Positions 10,195 to 20,380 of a stretch of DNA of 64,000 nucleotides are shown one piece after another. The stretch lies in contig OZ245015.1 in NCBI GenBank assembly GCA_965223705.1, forward strand, positions 3,328,001 to 3,392,000, in the 5' to 3' direction. The position numbers were made by a program, and so were the translations under genes. The stretch is from Myxococcota bacterium. GTDB taxonomy: Bacteria > Myxococcota_A > UBA9160 > UBA6930. The notes beneath the pieces were generated by a model. The model was not told the DNA's origin. It ran no database searches and saw only the letters and a list, made by a program, of their open reading frames with translations. Numbering within the stretch: position 1 is the stretch's first letter; the number at the start of each line of letters is the position of its first letter.

Positions 10195-10259
10195 CGCTCG
10201 CCTCCGAATTCTGGCGGAATCATAAGCCCCGCGCCGAGGGAGCGCCCTCTCGCGGCAGG

Positions 10260-11117
10260 CTATGTCCTGGGCCCGTTCGCCACGAGCACGGAGCAAGATC
10301 CTGCGAGAAGCGTCTGGTACGCCAGGTGTCCTCGTAGCGCGTGGGTGAACCTCGTGTGCGAAGTCGCTCCGACGACGACGAGCCCGCTTCCTGTCTCTGA
10401 GGCCCGATCGGCAATTGCCGACTCTTCAGAGCCCCGCAACACATCGGTCGTACCGTCGACTCCGGCGTTTGCCATGGCTTCCCTCGTTTTCTCGAGTTGG
10501 AGCGCGACCTCGCGGTCGCGTCCCGCGATCGCTGTCGAAGACGCCGGCACGCCGTAGGGGCCGGTGATCTCGCTCGCGGGATTGACAACGTGGACGACTT
10601 CGAGGGACGCACCCAACCGCTTCGCCAGATCGAGAGACAGAGACAATGCGTCGTCGGCCGTGTCGGAGAAATCAGAAGCGAAGAGAATCTTCTCGATCGG
10701 CGCGCGGGCCGCGGTCAGGCTCTCTCCGACTACGAGAACAGGGATCTCGATTTCTCGCATCGCTTTCTCAGCGACACTGCCGACCACGAGTCGATGTACC
10801 TGGCCGTGGCCTCGAGTTCCCAAGACCAGCATCCCGGCGGCATGGTCGTGAGCCGCTTCTTTGAGGCACTCCAGGATGTCGCCTTCCCGAATGTCGGTCG
10901 TTGTGTACACGCCGTGCCGGCCCGCCTCGATCGCGAGCTTCTCGACCTCCTCCCGGATATCGGACTCGCACTCGTCCCAGGTCGCGGGCTTCTGTTTGAC
11001 GTGCACGAGGTGCAACTCCACTCCGAGCTTGCCCGCAATGGTGATTGCGCGAGCCATCGCAGCAGCGGAGGGTGCCGAGCCGTCGACGGCAACAATGATC
11101 GAGGAGATAAACGTCAC
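10260..11117 (-). CDS. Tandem-domain universal stress protein
   Basis: IIVAVDGS...LVLGTRG...GSVAEK and ILFASDFS...VVVGAT repeats. Confidence 0.9.
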   Translation of the reverse strand: MTFISSIIVAVDGSAPSAAAMARAITIAGKLGVELHLVHVKQKPATWDECESDIREEVEKLAIEAGRHGVYTTTDIREGDILECLKEAAHDHAAGMLVLGTRGHGQVHRLVVGSVAEKAMREIEIPVLVVGESLTAARAPIEKILFASDFSDTADDALSLSLDLAKRLGASLEVVHVVNPASEITGPYGVPASSTAIAGRDREVALQLEKTREAMANAGVDGTTDVLRGSEESAIADRASETGSGLVVVGATSHTRFTHALRGHLAYQTLLAGSCSVLVANGPRT

Positions 11118-11131
11118 CTTGGCCTCCGTTC

Positions 11132-11147
11132 AGCAAGGTACGTGCCA
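11132..11147 (-). promoter_or_regulatory. sigma54 -24/-12 promoter motif for the USP gene
   Basis: Minus strand TGGCACGTACCTTGCT (GG-N10-GC), near-perfect consensus; predicted leader is very short. Confidence 0.7.
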
Positions 11148-11216
11148 GTGAGCGCGCGCTCGGTGTGACATGTGCCCATCTGACACGTACCGTGGCAATT
11201 TGCCCCAACGGCGAAG

Positions 11217-11233
11217 TTGGCCCGGGTGCTGCA
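11217..11233 (+). promoter_or_regulatory. sigma54 -24/-12 promoter motif for the DASS transporter
   Basis: TTGGCCCGGGTGCTGCA (GG-N10-GC), 33 nt before TTG 11266. Confidence 0.55.
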
Positions 11234-11265
11234 GCGCAGAATTGTCGTGCAAGCGAGGGACCCCG

Positions 11266-12654
11266 TTGCAACGCTCCGAGAACGCTAGCCGTCCCAAGTT
11301 CCGGATCGTCGTCGTGGTCGTAGCCCTGGCCGCTGCGGTCTTCGGGCCTTTGCCCTTGCCAGCCCTCACACTCGACCAGAGCCTCGTCCGGACCGGGCTG
11401 GCAATCTTGGTTTTGACAGCGGGCCTGTGGCTGACCGAAGCGTTGCCCCTCGCGGTGACGGCGCTCCTCGTCCCGCTCGTTGCGAGTGTCTCCGGGGTTC
11501 TCGATGTGCGATCGGCGTTCGCGCAGTTCTCGCATCCGCTGATTTTTCTCTTCCTCGCCGGCTTCGGATTGGCCGCTGCGCTTTCACACCAGGCCCTGGA
11601 TCGCTGGCTCGCCATGAGCTTGGTTCGATCCGCCCGCGGAAACTTCCTGGCGTCGTCCCTCGCGCTCTTCTGCGTGTCCGCGTTTCTCTCGATGTGGATC
11701 TCGAACACCGCTGCAGTGGCGCTGTTGCTGCCGGTAGCGCTCGCGATCCTCGCAAGTGTGGTAGCGACGGCCGGACAGCAGGCTGCTCAGCGAACGACTC
11801 CGTTCGTGCTTCTCGGTGTCGCCTACTCCGCCAGCATCGGAGGGATCGGAACGCTGATCGGAACTCCACCCAATGCAATCGCCGCGGCCCGCCTCGGCTA
11901 CGACTTCGCCGACTGGCTGAAGATCGGGCTTCCGACGGTGATGATCCTCCTCCCCAGCCTGTTCGCCCTTCTGTGGCTTTTTGCCCGACCTCGCGTCCTC
12001 GCCCCCTTGGAATTCGAAACGCACGAGACTTTTCGGTTCACGAGACCCCGAAGGATGACTCTCGGCGTATTCGGTCTTGCGGCGACAGGTTGGTTGGCCA
12101 GCGGTCCGCTGGGTTCTGCGCTTGGAATCGAGCGATACGTCGACAGTCTGGTCGGTATCGGTGCTCTCGTTCTCCTGGTCGCGCTGCGACTTGTGACATG
12201 GAAGAACATCGACGAGACCGCGGACTGGGGCGTGCTCCTCCTCTTCGGAGGGGGGCTCACGTTGAGTGAAGTCCTTACCGCAACCGGGGCCAGTCGCTAC
12301 TTGGCGTCGCTGCTGACCTCGTCGATCGGCGACGTATCGCCGGTGCTCATGACGGCGGTATTGGTCCTGTTCATCATCTTTTTGACGGAAGTCGCGAGCA
12401 ATACGGCGAGCGCCGCGGTCTTTGTCCCGATCTTCCTGGCGACGGGTGTCGATCTTGGGATGCCCCCAGAAGCTCTCGTAGTTCCGGTGACAATCGCTTG
12501 TTCGTGCGCGTTTATGCTGCCCGTAGCCACACCCCCCAACGCCCTTGTCTTTGCGACGGGCCGCTTCCCGCAGCGGACCATGGTTCGCATCGGGCTGCGT
12601 CTGAACTTGGCCTTCGCGGCAATCGTCACGCTCATCGCGGCGCTTCTGATGTAG
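11266..12654 (+). CDS. DASS/SLC13 family anion (di/tricarboxylate or sulfate) transporter
   Basis: SMWISNTA, GTLIGTPPN, TEVASNTA, FMLPVATPPNA; start TTG 11266 after GAGGGA is inferred. Confidence 0.9.
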   Translation: MQRSENASRPKFRIVVVVVALAAAVFGPLPLPALTLDQSLVRTGLAILVLTAGLWLTEALPLAVTALLVPLVASVSGVLDVRSAFAQFSHPLIFLFLAGFGLAAALSHQALDRWLAMSLVRSARGNFLASSLALFCVSAFLSMWISNTAAVALLLPVALAILASVVATAGQQAAQRTTPFVLLGVAYSASIGGIGTLIGTPPNAIAAARLGYDFADWLKIGLPTVMILLPSLFALLWLFARPRVLAPLEFETHETFRFTRPRRMTLGVFGLAATGWLASGPLGSALGIERYVDSLVGIGALVLLVALRLVTWKNIDETADWGVLLLFGGGLTLSEVLTATGASRYLASLLTSSIGDVSPVLMTAVLVLFIIFLTEVASNTASAAVFVPIFLATGVDLGMPPEALVVPVTIACSCAFMLPVATPPNALVFATGRFPQRTMVRIGLRLNLAFAAIVTLIAALLM

Positions 12655-12657
12655 GCG

Positions 12658-12673
12658 CGGCACGAGCTTTGCA
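12658..12673 (+). promoter_or_regulatory. sigma54 -24/-12 promoter motif
   Basis: CGGCACGAGCTTTGCA upstream of the cytochrome c gene. Confidence 0.65.
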
Positions 12674-12711
12674 AAAAGACCCACCACGTCTTCTCGTGAG
12701 TGAGGTGCCCG

Positions 12712-13143
12712 ATGCGTTTGGCTTTTGTTCTCGCAATGGCCCTGCTCGCCGTGACGCTCTCAGCCTGTGAGATCGGGCGGCGGTCGGGCCGTGGATTTCG
12801 CCTTCCCGAAGGCGACCTACAACGCGGGCGAGCGGCTTTTCACGACTTGGGTTGCCCGACCTGCCACGCAGTCGCCGGAACGCCGGATGCCGGTGAGAAG
12901 GAGGGAATCGTGGTTCTGGGCGGGAAAGTCAACCGGGTCGAGACCTACGGTGAGCTCGTCACTTCCATCGTCAACCCCTCGCACGAGATCTCGAGGCGCT
13001 ACCCCCGAGAGGAAGTCGCCGACGGCGACGTTTCCAAGATGAAAAACTTCAACGACCTCATGACCGTGGCGCAGCTCATCGATCTGACGACCTACCTGCA
13101 GTCGAAATACGAACTCATCCAGGAGCCTTCCTACTTCCCCTAG
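12712..13143 (+). CDS. Monoheme c-type cytochrome lipoprotein
   Basis: Lipobox LSAC; CPTCH; distal SKM; SIVNPSH. Confidence 0.82.
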   Translation: MRLAFVLAMALLAVTLSACEIGRRSGRGFRLPEGDLQRGRAAFHDLGCPTCHAVAGTPDAGEKEGIVVLGGKVNRVETYGELVTSIVNPSHEISRRYPREEVADGDVSKMKNFNDLMTVAQLIDLTTYLQSKYELIQEPSYFP

Positions 13144-13209
13144 TAGCGGCGCACGGCCCGAGTGACGGGGCGCTTCGCCTCAGGACGTGACAGTGTGCCA
13201 CTGAGACCG

Positions 13210-13226
13210 TTGGCACGGGAAGTGCT
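13210..13226 (+). promoter_or_regulatory. sigma54 -24/-12 promoter motif for the ABC operon
   Basis: TTGGCACGGGAAGTGCT (GG-N10-GC). Confidence 0.68.
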
Positions 13227-13257
13227 CTAAGAAGCCACGGGAGGCAGACGGAACGTC

Positions 13258-13989
13258 GTGAGCTCGAGCGCGATAGCTCTGGAACCGGGGCCGGTCTTCA
13301 GTGCCCGCGGCATCACCAAGGTCTACCGCATGGGCGAGGTGGAGGTGCACGCGTTGCGCGGGGTTGATCTCGACCTGGCGCGGTCCGAATTCGTCGTGCT
13401 CCTCGGGCCGTCCGGAAGTGGCAAATCCACACTCCTGAATATCCTGGGGGGACTCGACATCCCGAGCTCGGGGACAGTCCACTACGGCTCGCGCGAGTTG
13501 ACGCGGGCTTCCGAAGCAGAGCTCACCCGCTATCGGCGAGACCACATCGGTTTCGTCTTCCAGTTCTACAACCTCATTCCGAGCCTCACGGCCCGCGAGA
13601 ACGTTGCACTTGTTACGGATATCGCGCGCGATCCGATGAGCCCTGAAGATGCTCTCGAGATGGTTCGCCTGACCGATCGGGCCGATCATTTTCCGGCGCA
13701 GATGTCGGGAGGTGAGCAACAGCGCGTCGCGATCGCGCGAGCGATTGCGAAACGGCCGGAAGTGCTCCTGTGCGACGAACCCACCGGCGCCCTCGACATT
13801 CAGACCGGCATCGTCGTCCTCGAGGCCATCGATCGAGTCAATCGCGAGCTCGGCACGACGGTGGCGGTGATCACGCACAATGCAGCGATCGCGGCCGTCG
13901 CGGACCGCGTGCTCTTCATGGCCGATGGGCGCATTGAAAGAGAAACAAGGAGCCAAGCGCGCTCGTCCCCCCGCGACTTGGCGTGGTGA
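13258..13989 (+). CDS. ABC transporter ATP-binding protein (LolD/MacB-like)
   Basis: [34 protein letters not shown]. Confidence 0.93.
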   Translation: MSSSAIALEPGPVFSARGITKVYRMGEVEVHALRGVDLDLARSEFVVLLGPSGSGKSTLLNILGGLDIPSSGTVHYGSRELTRASEAELTRYRRDHIGFVFQFYNLIPSLTARENVALVTDIARDPMSPEDALEMVRLTDRADHFPAQMSGGEQQRVAIARAIAKRPEVLLCDEPTGALDIQTGIVVLEAIDRVNRELGTTVAVITHNAAIAAVADRVLFMADGRIERETRSQARSSPRDLAW

Positions 13990-13995
13990 CGCGCG

Positions 13996-16368
13996 GTGCG
14001 CGCACTCGATCGAAAGCTCCTCCGCGACCTGTGGCGCATGAAGTCGCAGTCGGCGGCCATTGCCGCTGTGATCGGAACGGGCGTCGCGATGTTCACCATG
14101 TATCTGTCGACGTTCGACTCGCTCGCCCGTTCCCAAGCCTCCTACTACGACACGGGGCGGTTCGCGGATGTCTTCGCGGCGTGCAAACGCGCACCCAACT
14201 GGCTTGTCGAGCGGATCGAGGAGATCCCCGACGTTGCGGAAGTCGAGGACCGCGTCGTCGTCGATGTCACCCTCGACGTTCCGGAAGTCGCCGAGCCTGT
14301 TCGGGGGCGACTCCTGTCGATTCCGGAAGTCGATCGCGCCACCCTCAACGACGTCGTTGTCAGGCGGGGCCGCTATATCGCGACCGAGGCCGACGACGAG
14401 GTCCTCATCCACGAGGCTTTCGCCGATGAATTGCGCCTCGAACCAGGGGACCGGATCGCCGCGGTCGTCAACGGTCGAAGGCGGGAGCTCACGATCGCGG
14501 GGGTGGGCCTTTCTCCGGAGTACATCTACGTCATCGGCCCGGGTGACGTCGTTCCAGATCACCGGCGGTTCGGAATCCTGTGGATGGGCCGTCGTGCGCT
14601 CGCCGCAGCGTTCGACATGGAAGGCGGCTTCAACCACGTAAGCCTGCGCCTCGCTGGCGACACGGCGCGGGGCGGGACGGCGGTGGTGGTTGCGGAGCTC
14701 GACCGCTTGCTGAAGAGGTACGGGGGCCTCGGAGCCATCGAACGTCGTCACCAGCAGTCACACTGGTTCATCGAGAACGAGATGCGTGAGCTCAGAACCA
14801 TGGCCTCGATTCTGCCCGCCATCTTTCTCGGGGTCGCGGCCTTCCTACTGAATATCGTGCTGTCGCGAGCCGTTGCGGTCCAGCGCACGCAGATCGCGGC
14901 GCTCAAAGCGGTCGGCTACGACAATCCGACGATTGCGACGCACTACCTCGCGATCGGCCTGCTCGTCGCAGGGCTCGGCACGCTGGCCGGCTGCCTAGCG
15001 GGGATGAGACTCGGCGAAGGACTCACGGGAATCTACGCCCACTACTTTCGCCTGCCGGACTATACCTACGAGGTCGCGCCTCGCATTCTCCTCGCCGCGT
15101 CGGCGATCAGCTTCGTCGCGTCGTCGCTGGGATCCCTCGGAGCTGTTCGGCGCGCGCTCGCGCTCCCCCCCGCGGAAGCGATGAGACCAGAACCTCCCGC
15201 CCGTTTCCGACCGACCTGGCTCGAGGCGCTTGGCCTCGGCTCGGTTTTGGGTGCTTCCGGACGGATGATGCTGCGCAACATCGCTCGTCGGCCGTGGCGC
15301 TTCGCGCTTTCGTCGTTGGGCGTCGCGATGTCGATCGCTTTGCTCGTGTTGGGTGCGTTCTTCATCGATGCCATCGACCATTTGATCTCCGTACAGTTCG
15401 ATTCGGCCCAACGCCAGGATATGACGGTGACGTTCGTGGAGCCGCGTTCCTGGCGTTCTCGCCACGCGCTGGCGAGGTTCCCAGGTGTGACTCGCGTCGA
15501 GCCGTTCCGCAGTGTCCCGGTCGAGCTTCGACACGATCACCGCACGCGACGCGTCGCGATTCTCGGCCTCGCGGAGCATCCGGAGCTCAATCGGGTGATC
15601 GATCGCAAACGCGGACCGGTTGTGCTTCCGGAGGAGGGCCTCGTGTTGTCTTCCGCGCTCGCGTCCCTGCTCGGTGCGGGTCGTGGTAGTACGATCACCG
15701 TCGAGGTCATCGAAGGGGCGCGACCCATCAAACGAGTCGTCGTGTCCGATGTGGTCGACGACTTTCTCGGGCTTTCCGCCTACATGCGATCCGATGCGCT
15801 GGCTTCGTTGATGCGAGAGGACAGCAGCTTCTCCGGTGCATTCCTTTCTGTGGATCCATCCCTCGAGGGTCCGTTGTTCTCGGCACTCAAGCACACCCCG
15901 GACGTCGCAGGCGTTTCCATGAACCGCGCCGCGATCCTCAGTTTCCGGGATACCATTCGGGCCAACATGATGCGAATCATCGTGTTCAATGTGTTGTTTT
16001 CCTCTGTGATCGCGATCGGCGTCGTCTACAACGCCGCGCGAATCTCGCTCTCGGAGCGGTCCCGTGATCTCGCCAGCCTCCGCGTACTGGGATTCTCGAG
16101 CATGGAGATCTCGGTCATTCTGCTGGGCGAACTGGCCGCCGTGACCCTCGTCGCGATCCCGATCGGCATCGTTTGTGGTCGCGGACTCTCGTGGCTGACG
16201 CTCGCGTTGCTCGACAACGAGCTGTACCGCATCCCGCTCATCATCGAACCATCGACCTACGCGGCGTCGGTTCTCGTCATTCTGGTCGCCTCCCTGTTGT
16301 CCGGAATCCTCGTCCAACGGCGCCTGAGACGACTGGACCTCGTGGGTGCCTTGAAAGTCAGCGAATGA
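13996..16368 (+). CDS. ABC transporter permease with duplicated FtsX/MacB domains
   Basis: MRALDRKLLRDL start, QIAALKAVGY and DLASLRVLGF FtsX motifs, 790 aa. Confidence 0.9.
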   Translation: MRALDRKLLRDLWRMKSQSAAIAAVIGTGVAMFTMYLSTFDSLARSQASYYDTGRFADVFAACKRAPNWLVERIEEIPDVAEVEDRVVVDVTLDVPEVAEPVRGRLLSIPEVDRATLNDVVVRRGRYIATEADDEVLIHEAFADELRLEPGDRIAAVVNGRRRELTIAGVGLSPEYIYVIGPGDVVPDHRRFGILWMGRRALAAAFDMEGGFNHVSLRLAGDTARGGTAVVVAELDRLLKRYGGLGAIERRHQQSHWFIENEMRELRTMASILPAIFLGVAAFLLNIVLSRAVAVQRTQIAALKAVGYDNPTIATHYLAIGLLVAGLGTLAGCLAGMRLGEGLTGIYAHYFRLPDYTYEVAPRILLAASAISFVASSLGSLGAVRRALALPPAEAMRPEPPARFRPTWLEALGLGSVLGASGRMMLRNIARRPWRFALSSLGVAMSIALLVLGAFFIDAIDHLISVQFDSAQRQDMTVTFVEPRSWRSRHALARFPGVTRVEPFRSVPVELRHDHRTRRVAILGLAEHPELNRVIDRKRGPVVLPEEGLVLSSALASLLGAGRGSTITVEVIEGARPIKRVVVSDVVDDFLGLSAYMRSDALASLMREDSSFSGAFLSVDPSLEGPLFSALKHTPDVAGVSMNRAAILSFRDTIRANMMRIIVFNVLFSSVIAIGVVYNAARISLSERSRDLASLRVLGFSSMEISVILLGELAAVTLVAIPIGIVCGRGLSWLTLALLDNELYRIPLIIEPSTYAASVLVILVASLLSGILVQRRLRRLDLVGALKVSE

Positions 16369-16378
16369 GGGATCGACG

Positions 16379-17584
16379 ATGAGAAGCGACGGGCGACGAT
16401 GGGTGACGATCGCGTTGGCCCTCAGCGCACTGCTGGCCGTACTCGCCTGGGCATTCTGGCCTCGCGCAGAGAGCGTCGAAGTCGCCGGGGTGGCGAGCGG
16501 CCCGCTCGTCGTGACGCTCGACGAAGAAGGAACGACGCGTGTTCGCGAACGGTTCGTGATCTCGGCGCCCGTCGCCGGGAAGATTCTGCGGGTCGAACTA
16601 TCGACCGGAGACCCCATTGCCGCCGGATCGACCGTTCTCGCGGTCTTTCAACCGAAGGACCCGACGCCGCTCGATCCCAGAACCCGTTCCGAGGTCGGCG
16701 CGGAAGTCCGAGCGCTCGAAGCCGAAGTCGAGCGCGCGAAACACGAACGCGATCGCGCACGTGCAGAGCTCGAGTTTGCGCGGATGAAGTGCCTCCGAGA
16801 TCGCAATCTCGCGGAGAGGGAAGTGTTGTCCGCGGAGAGGCTCGATATCTCCGAACTCGCTGAGGCGAAAGCCGTCGAGGGGCTCGCCGCAGCCGAGCAA
16901 GCGATCGTGAGCGCGAGACACCGTCTCGCCAGTACCCGCGCGCGCCTGCTCAACCTCGGCGATCCGGGGCGCTCGGCGACCGATCCCCTGGAACTCCGCG
17001 CCCCGATCGATGGCGTCGTGCTCCGGAAGATCCAGGAAAGCGAGTCCGTCGTCTCGGCGGGCCAACCGCTGCTGGAGGTCGGCAATCCGAAAGATCTGGA
17101 AATTGTCGCGGACTACCTGTCGCGCGACGCCGTTCGGATTCAGCCCGGTGCGCGGGTGTTCATCGAGCGCTGGGGCGGCGATGAAACACTTGAGGGGCGT
17201 GTTCAACGCGTCGAACCGTCCGGCTTTACGAAAGTCTCAGCCCTGGGCGTCGAAGAGCAACGAGTGAATATCATCATCGATTTGGTGACGCCCTTTTCAC
17301 GAAGACAATCCCTCGCGGACGGATTTCGCGTGGAGACGCGCGTGGTCGTCTCCGAATGTGAGGACGCGATCCACGTCCCGTCGGGAAGTTTGTTCCGTCG
17401 CAGAGACGGCTGGGGCGTTTTTGTTGTCGAAGCCGGACGGGCCAGGCTTCGCAGCGTCGAGATCGGTGCGAGAACCCCGCGCAACGTGGAGATCCTTCGC
17501 GGCGTCGCTCCGGGCGAAACGGTCATCATGCACCCCGGCCAGGCGATCTCCGACGGGGTTCGCGTCACCGCTCTCACCGAGTGA
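16379..17584 (+). CDS. HlyD/efflux membrane fusion protein
   Basis: N-terminal TM, ISAPVAG and LRAPIDGVV lipoyl halves flanking a coiled coil, SALGVEEQRV. Confidence 0.9.
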   Translation: MRSDGRRWVTIALALSALLAVLAWAFWPRAESVEVAGVASGPLVVTLDEEGTTRVRERFVISAPVAGKILRVELSTGDPIAAGSTVLAVFQPKDPTPLDPRTRSEVGAEVRALEAEVERAKHERDRARAELEFARMKCLRDRNLAEREVLSAERLDISELAEAKAVEGLAAAEQAIVSARHRLASTRARLLNLGDPGRSATDPLELRAPIDGVVLRKIQESESVVSAGQPLLEVGNPKDLEIVADYLSRDAVRIQPGARVFIERWGGDETLEGRVQRVEPSGFTKVSALGVEEQRVNIIIDLVTPFSRRQSLADGFRVETRVVVSECEDAIHVPSGSLFRRRDGWGVFVVEAGRARLRSVEIGARTPRNVEILRGVAPGETVIMHPGQAISDGVRVTALTE

Positions 17585-17586
17585 TC

Positions 17587-18498
17587 TCACGAACTCGAAA
17601 TCACCTTGGTTCCCGCGTTCCCCGCGAGAATCTCCGCCGCCTCCGCCAGCGCGCCGATGCCCGCCCGGCCTCCCGTCGCATCGACAAAGCGACACGCCGC
17701 TTCGACTTTGGGCGCCATAGAGCCCGCTTCGAAGGTGAGGGCGCGAAGCTCCTGTGGCGTCGCGACGCGGATGGGTTCCGCTGCCGGTTCCGGCCAGTCC
17801 GCGAATACGGCGGGCTGATCCGTCAGAAGCAGCAGCGCGTCCGCGCCGAGACTCGTCGCGAGAAGTGCCGAAGCGAGATCCTTGTCGATGACCGCTTCGA
17901 CGCCCCGAACCGAACCTTCTGACGAGACCGCGACCGGAATCCCGCCGCCTCCCACGCACACCAGAAGGACCTCGGCGGCAACGGCGAGACGTATGGTCGT
18001 CAATTCGAGAATGGCCTTGGGTTCCGGTGACGCAACCACCCTCCGATGCTGGCCGCTCGCGTCCTCGGCGAACCGCCAAGCGCGCGCTGCCGCGAGAGTT
18101 TCCACCTCGCCGGCGCCGTAGATCGGGCCCACCGGCTTGCTCGGTTCGCGGAAAGCGGGATCGGCCGGATCGACCTCAACCTGAGTGAGCAGGGTCGCGA
18201 CCTCGCGGTCCGGCATCGCGGAGCGGAGTTCCTGCTCGAGTAGGTACCCGATCATCCCCTCGCTCTCCGCTCCCAGCACGTCGAGCGGATACGGTGCGAC
18301 CGCGGGGTAGGCCTCGGATTGAAGTGCGAGTAGTCCGACCTGAGGCCCGTTGCCGTGGGTGACCACAACGCGATGTTCTTTCGTGAGCGAAGCGATGGCG
18401 CGCGCTGCTCGGCCGGCGTTTCGTCGCTGGGTCTCTACGTCCGCCGGCTCGCCTCTTCGGATGAGTGCGTTCCCGCCCAGGGCAACGACGACCAGCAT
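17587..18498 (-). CDS. arcC: Carbamate kinase
   Basis: VVALGGNAL, THGNGPQVG, PSKPVGP, RRVVASPEP, GGGGIPV, EAVIDKD, GSMAPKVEAA. Confidence 0.95.
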   Translation of the reverse strand: MLVVVALGGNALIRRGEPADVETQRRNAGRAARAIASLTKEHRVVVTHGNGPQVGLLALQSEAYPAVAPYPLDVLGAESEGMIGYLLEQELRSAMPDREVATLLTQVEVDPADPAFREPSKPVGPIYGAGEVETLAAARAWRFAEDASGQHRRVVASPEPKAILELTTIRLAVAAEVLLVCVGGGGIPVAVSSEGSVRGVEAVIDKDLASALLATSLGADALLLLTDQPAVFADWPEPAAEPIRVATPQELRALTFEAGSMAPKVEAACRFVDATGGRAGIGALAEAAEILAGNAGTKVISSS

Positions 18499-18504
18499 CC
18501 CGCT

Positions 18505-19845
18505 TCACTCGACGCGAAGGTCGCGCAGAAACGCGTCCACGGCTTCGGTGAGACCCGGTCTTGTCGCTTCCTCGAAGCGATAGCGCGCACGCACGACGGG
18601 CCGGTCGATCTTTATGAGTGCACCCAGGTCGATCGGAGTTCCCGCGACCACGACGTCGGCGCCCGAGCCGACAATCGTCTGGCGGAGAGCCTCGAGTTGT
18701 TGCTCGCTGTAGCCCATCGCCGGAAGAACGCATCCGATGTGAGCGTACGCTGCAAAGACTTCAGCGATCTCGGCGGGGGCTGACTCCCGTGGATCGACAA
18801 ACGATGCCGCCCCAGCGTCCACGGCAGCCACATATCCGGCTCCGTACGACATGCCACCGTGGGAAAGCGTGGGCCCGTCTTCCACGACGATGACGCGTCG
18901 CCCCGTGACGAGTTCGGGTCGATCGAGTCCAACCGGAGATCGCGCTCGGATGATTGAAGCCGAAGGGTTGAGGACGCGGACCGCTTCGGTCACGTGCTGT
19001 ACCTCCCGACTCGATGCCGAATCGACCTTGTTGACAAGAACGATATCGGCGCTCCGCAGACAGGTCTCCCCGGGGTGGTGCGAGTCGACGTCGTTTGGGC
19101 GCAGCGCATCGACGAGGGCGATGTGAAGATCGGGTTGAAGGAAAGGGAAGTCGTTGTTTCCCCCGTCCCAGACAATGATGTCCGCTTCCTCCTCCGCCTT
19201 CGCGAGGATCTCTTGATAGTCGACTCCCGCGTAGATCTGCGCGCCCATCTCCAAATACGGCTCGTACTCTTCGCGCTCTTCTACGGTGCAGTGCGCCTCT
19301 TCGAGATCCTTCCGTGTGGCAAAGCGCTGTGCGCGCTGCGCTAGGAGATCGCCGTATGGCATCGGATGCCGAATCGCAGCCGGACGGCGCCCCTTCTCGA
19401 GAAGCCTCTTGGTCAACCAGCGCGAGACTTGCGACTTTCCGCAACCTGTACGCGCCGCGGACACGGCGATCACCGGAACCCGCGCTTCGAGCATCGTGCG
19501 GCGCGGGCCGAGCAACGTGAAATCGGCCCCCGCGGCCAAAGCCCGCGACGCTCGGTGCATCACTTCGACGTGTGGCACGTCGCTGTATGCGAAAACGACT
19601 TCGTCGACTCGCTCGCTTGCGCAAAGCGCCTCGAGTTCGGATTCCTCCACAATGGGGATTCCGTCGGGATAACCCGGCCCCGAGAGTTCCGCGGGGTAAC
19701 GACGCGACGCGATCCCGGGAATCTGGTTTGCGGTAAATGCGATCACGCAAACCGACGGGTCTCCCCGAAAGCAGACATTGAAATTGTGGAAATCGCGCCC
19801 GGCGGCTCCGAGAATCGCCACGCGACGAACCGAGGATTCGGACAC
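18505..19845 (-). CDS. arcE: P-loop protein of the cyclic 2,3-diphosphoglycerate synthetase-like family; probable arginine synthetase
   Basis: GAAGRDFHNFN, RTGCGKSQ, RHPMPYG, EEREEYE, WDGGNND, EDGPTLSHGGM, PAMGY; 6 nt upstream of arcC. Confidence 0.75.
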   Translation of the reverse strand: MSESSVRRVAILGAAGRDFHNFNVCFRGDPSVCVIAFTANQIPGIASRRYPAELSGPGYPDGIPIVEESELEALCASERVDEVVFAYSDVPHVEVMHRASRALAAGADFTLLGPRRTMLEARVPVIAVSAARTGCGKSQVSRWLTKRLLEKGRRPAAIRHPMPYGDLLAQRAQRFATRKDLEEAHCTVEEREEYEPYLEMGAQIYAGVDYQEILAKAEEEADIIVWDGGNNDFPFLQPDLHIALVDALRPNDVDSHHPGETCLRSADIVLVNKVDSASSREVQHVTEAVRVLNPSASIIRARSPVGLDRPELVTGRRVIVVEDGPTLSHGGMSYGAGYVAAVDAGAASFVDPRESAPAEIAEVFAAYAHIGCVLPAMGYSEQQLEALRQTIVGSGADVVVAGTPIDLGALIKIDRPVVRARYRFEEATRPGLTEAVDAFLRDLRVE

Positions 19846-19864
19846 CTTGGACCCCGATCTGCTT

Positions 19865-20311
19865 TTACGCTTCGGTCTTCACCGCGAGGACGGAACAAGG
19901 CGCCAGCCGAATGGTGCGTTCGGCCACGCTGCCCATCACGACGTGCTTGAGGCCCGTCAGGCCGCGGGTGCCCATCACGATGAGATCTGCGGAAGACCGC
20001 GTGGCTTCGTCCGCGATCGTCTCACTCGGCGTTCCCTCCCTCGCGCGTCCGGTCACCTCGACTCCCGCTCCGCTCGCCTCATCGACGATCTGCGAGATCT
20101 TCCCCTCGGCATGCGCTCGAACACCTTCGAGAAAGCCGTCGGGAAGCGCGAAGCCACCACCCATCGGCGTCGCGATCGGTAGCTCGACGTGGTAGCAGTG
20201 CAATAGCTCAATCCGAGCGTCGAACTTGTCCGCGAGCTCCGTGGCGACTCGAAGCGCCTTGTCTGCATCCTCCGAAAAGTCGGTCGGAACGAGGATCGTC
20301 TCAATCTTCAT
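19865..20311 (-). CDS. Universal stress protein
   Basis: ILVPTDFS, DLIVMGTRGLTG, GSVAERTIRLAPCSVL. Confidence 0.93.
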   Translation of the reverse strand: MKIETILVPTDFSEDADKALRVATELADKFDARIELLHCYHVELPIATPMGGGFALPDGFLEGVRAHAEGKISQIVDEASGAGVEVTGRAREGTPSETIADEATRSSADLIVMGTRGLTGLKHVVMGSVAERTIRLAPCSVLAVKTEA

Positions 20312-20380
20312 CGGTTTTTCACGCCTCCCGGTGGCCATGGTGCCACGTCTTGCGAACCTCGGACTGGTCGTCGTGGAAGA

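Noticed and set aside
9148..10557. 469-aa ORF antisense to the P450 and USP genes
   Set aside because: Shadow ORF of GC-rich coding DNA with no motifs; the opposite strand has clear family signatures.
13180..16617. Long minus-strand ORFs (523 and 540 aa) opposite the ABC genes
   Set aside because: Antisense shadows with no recognisable domains.
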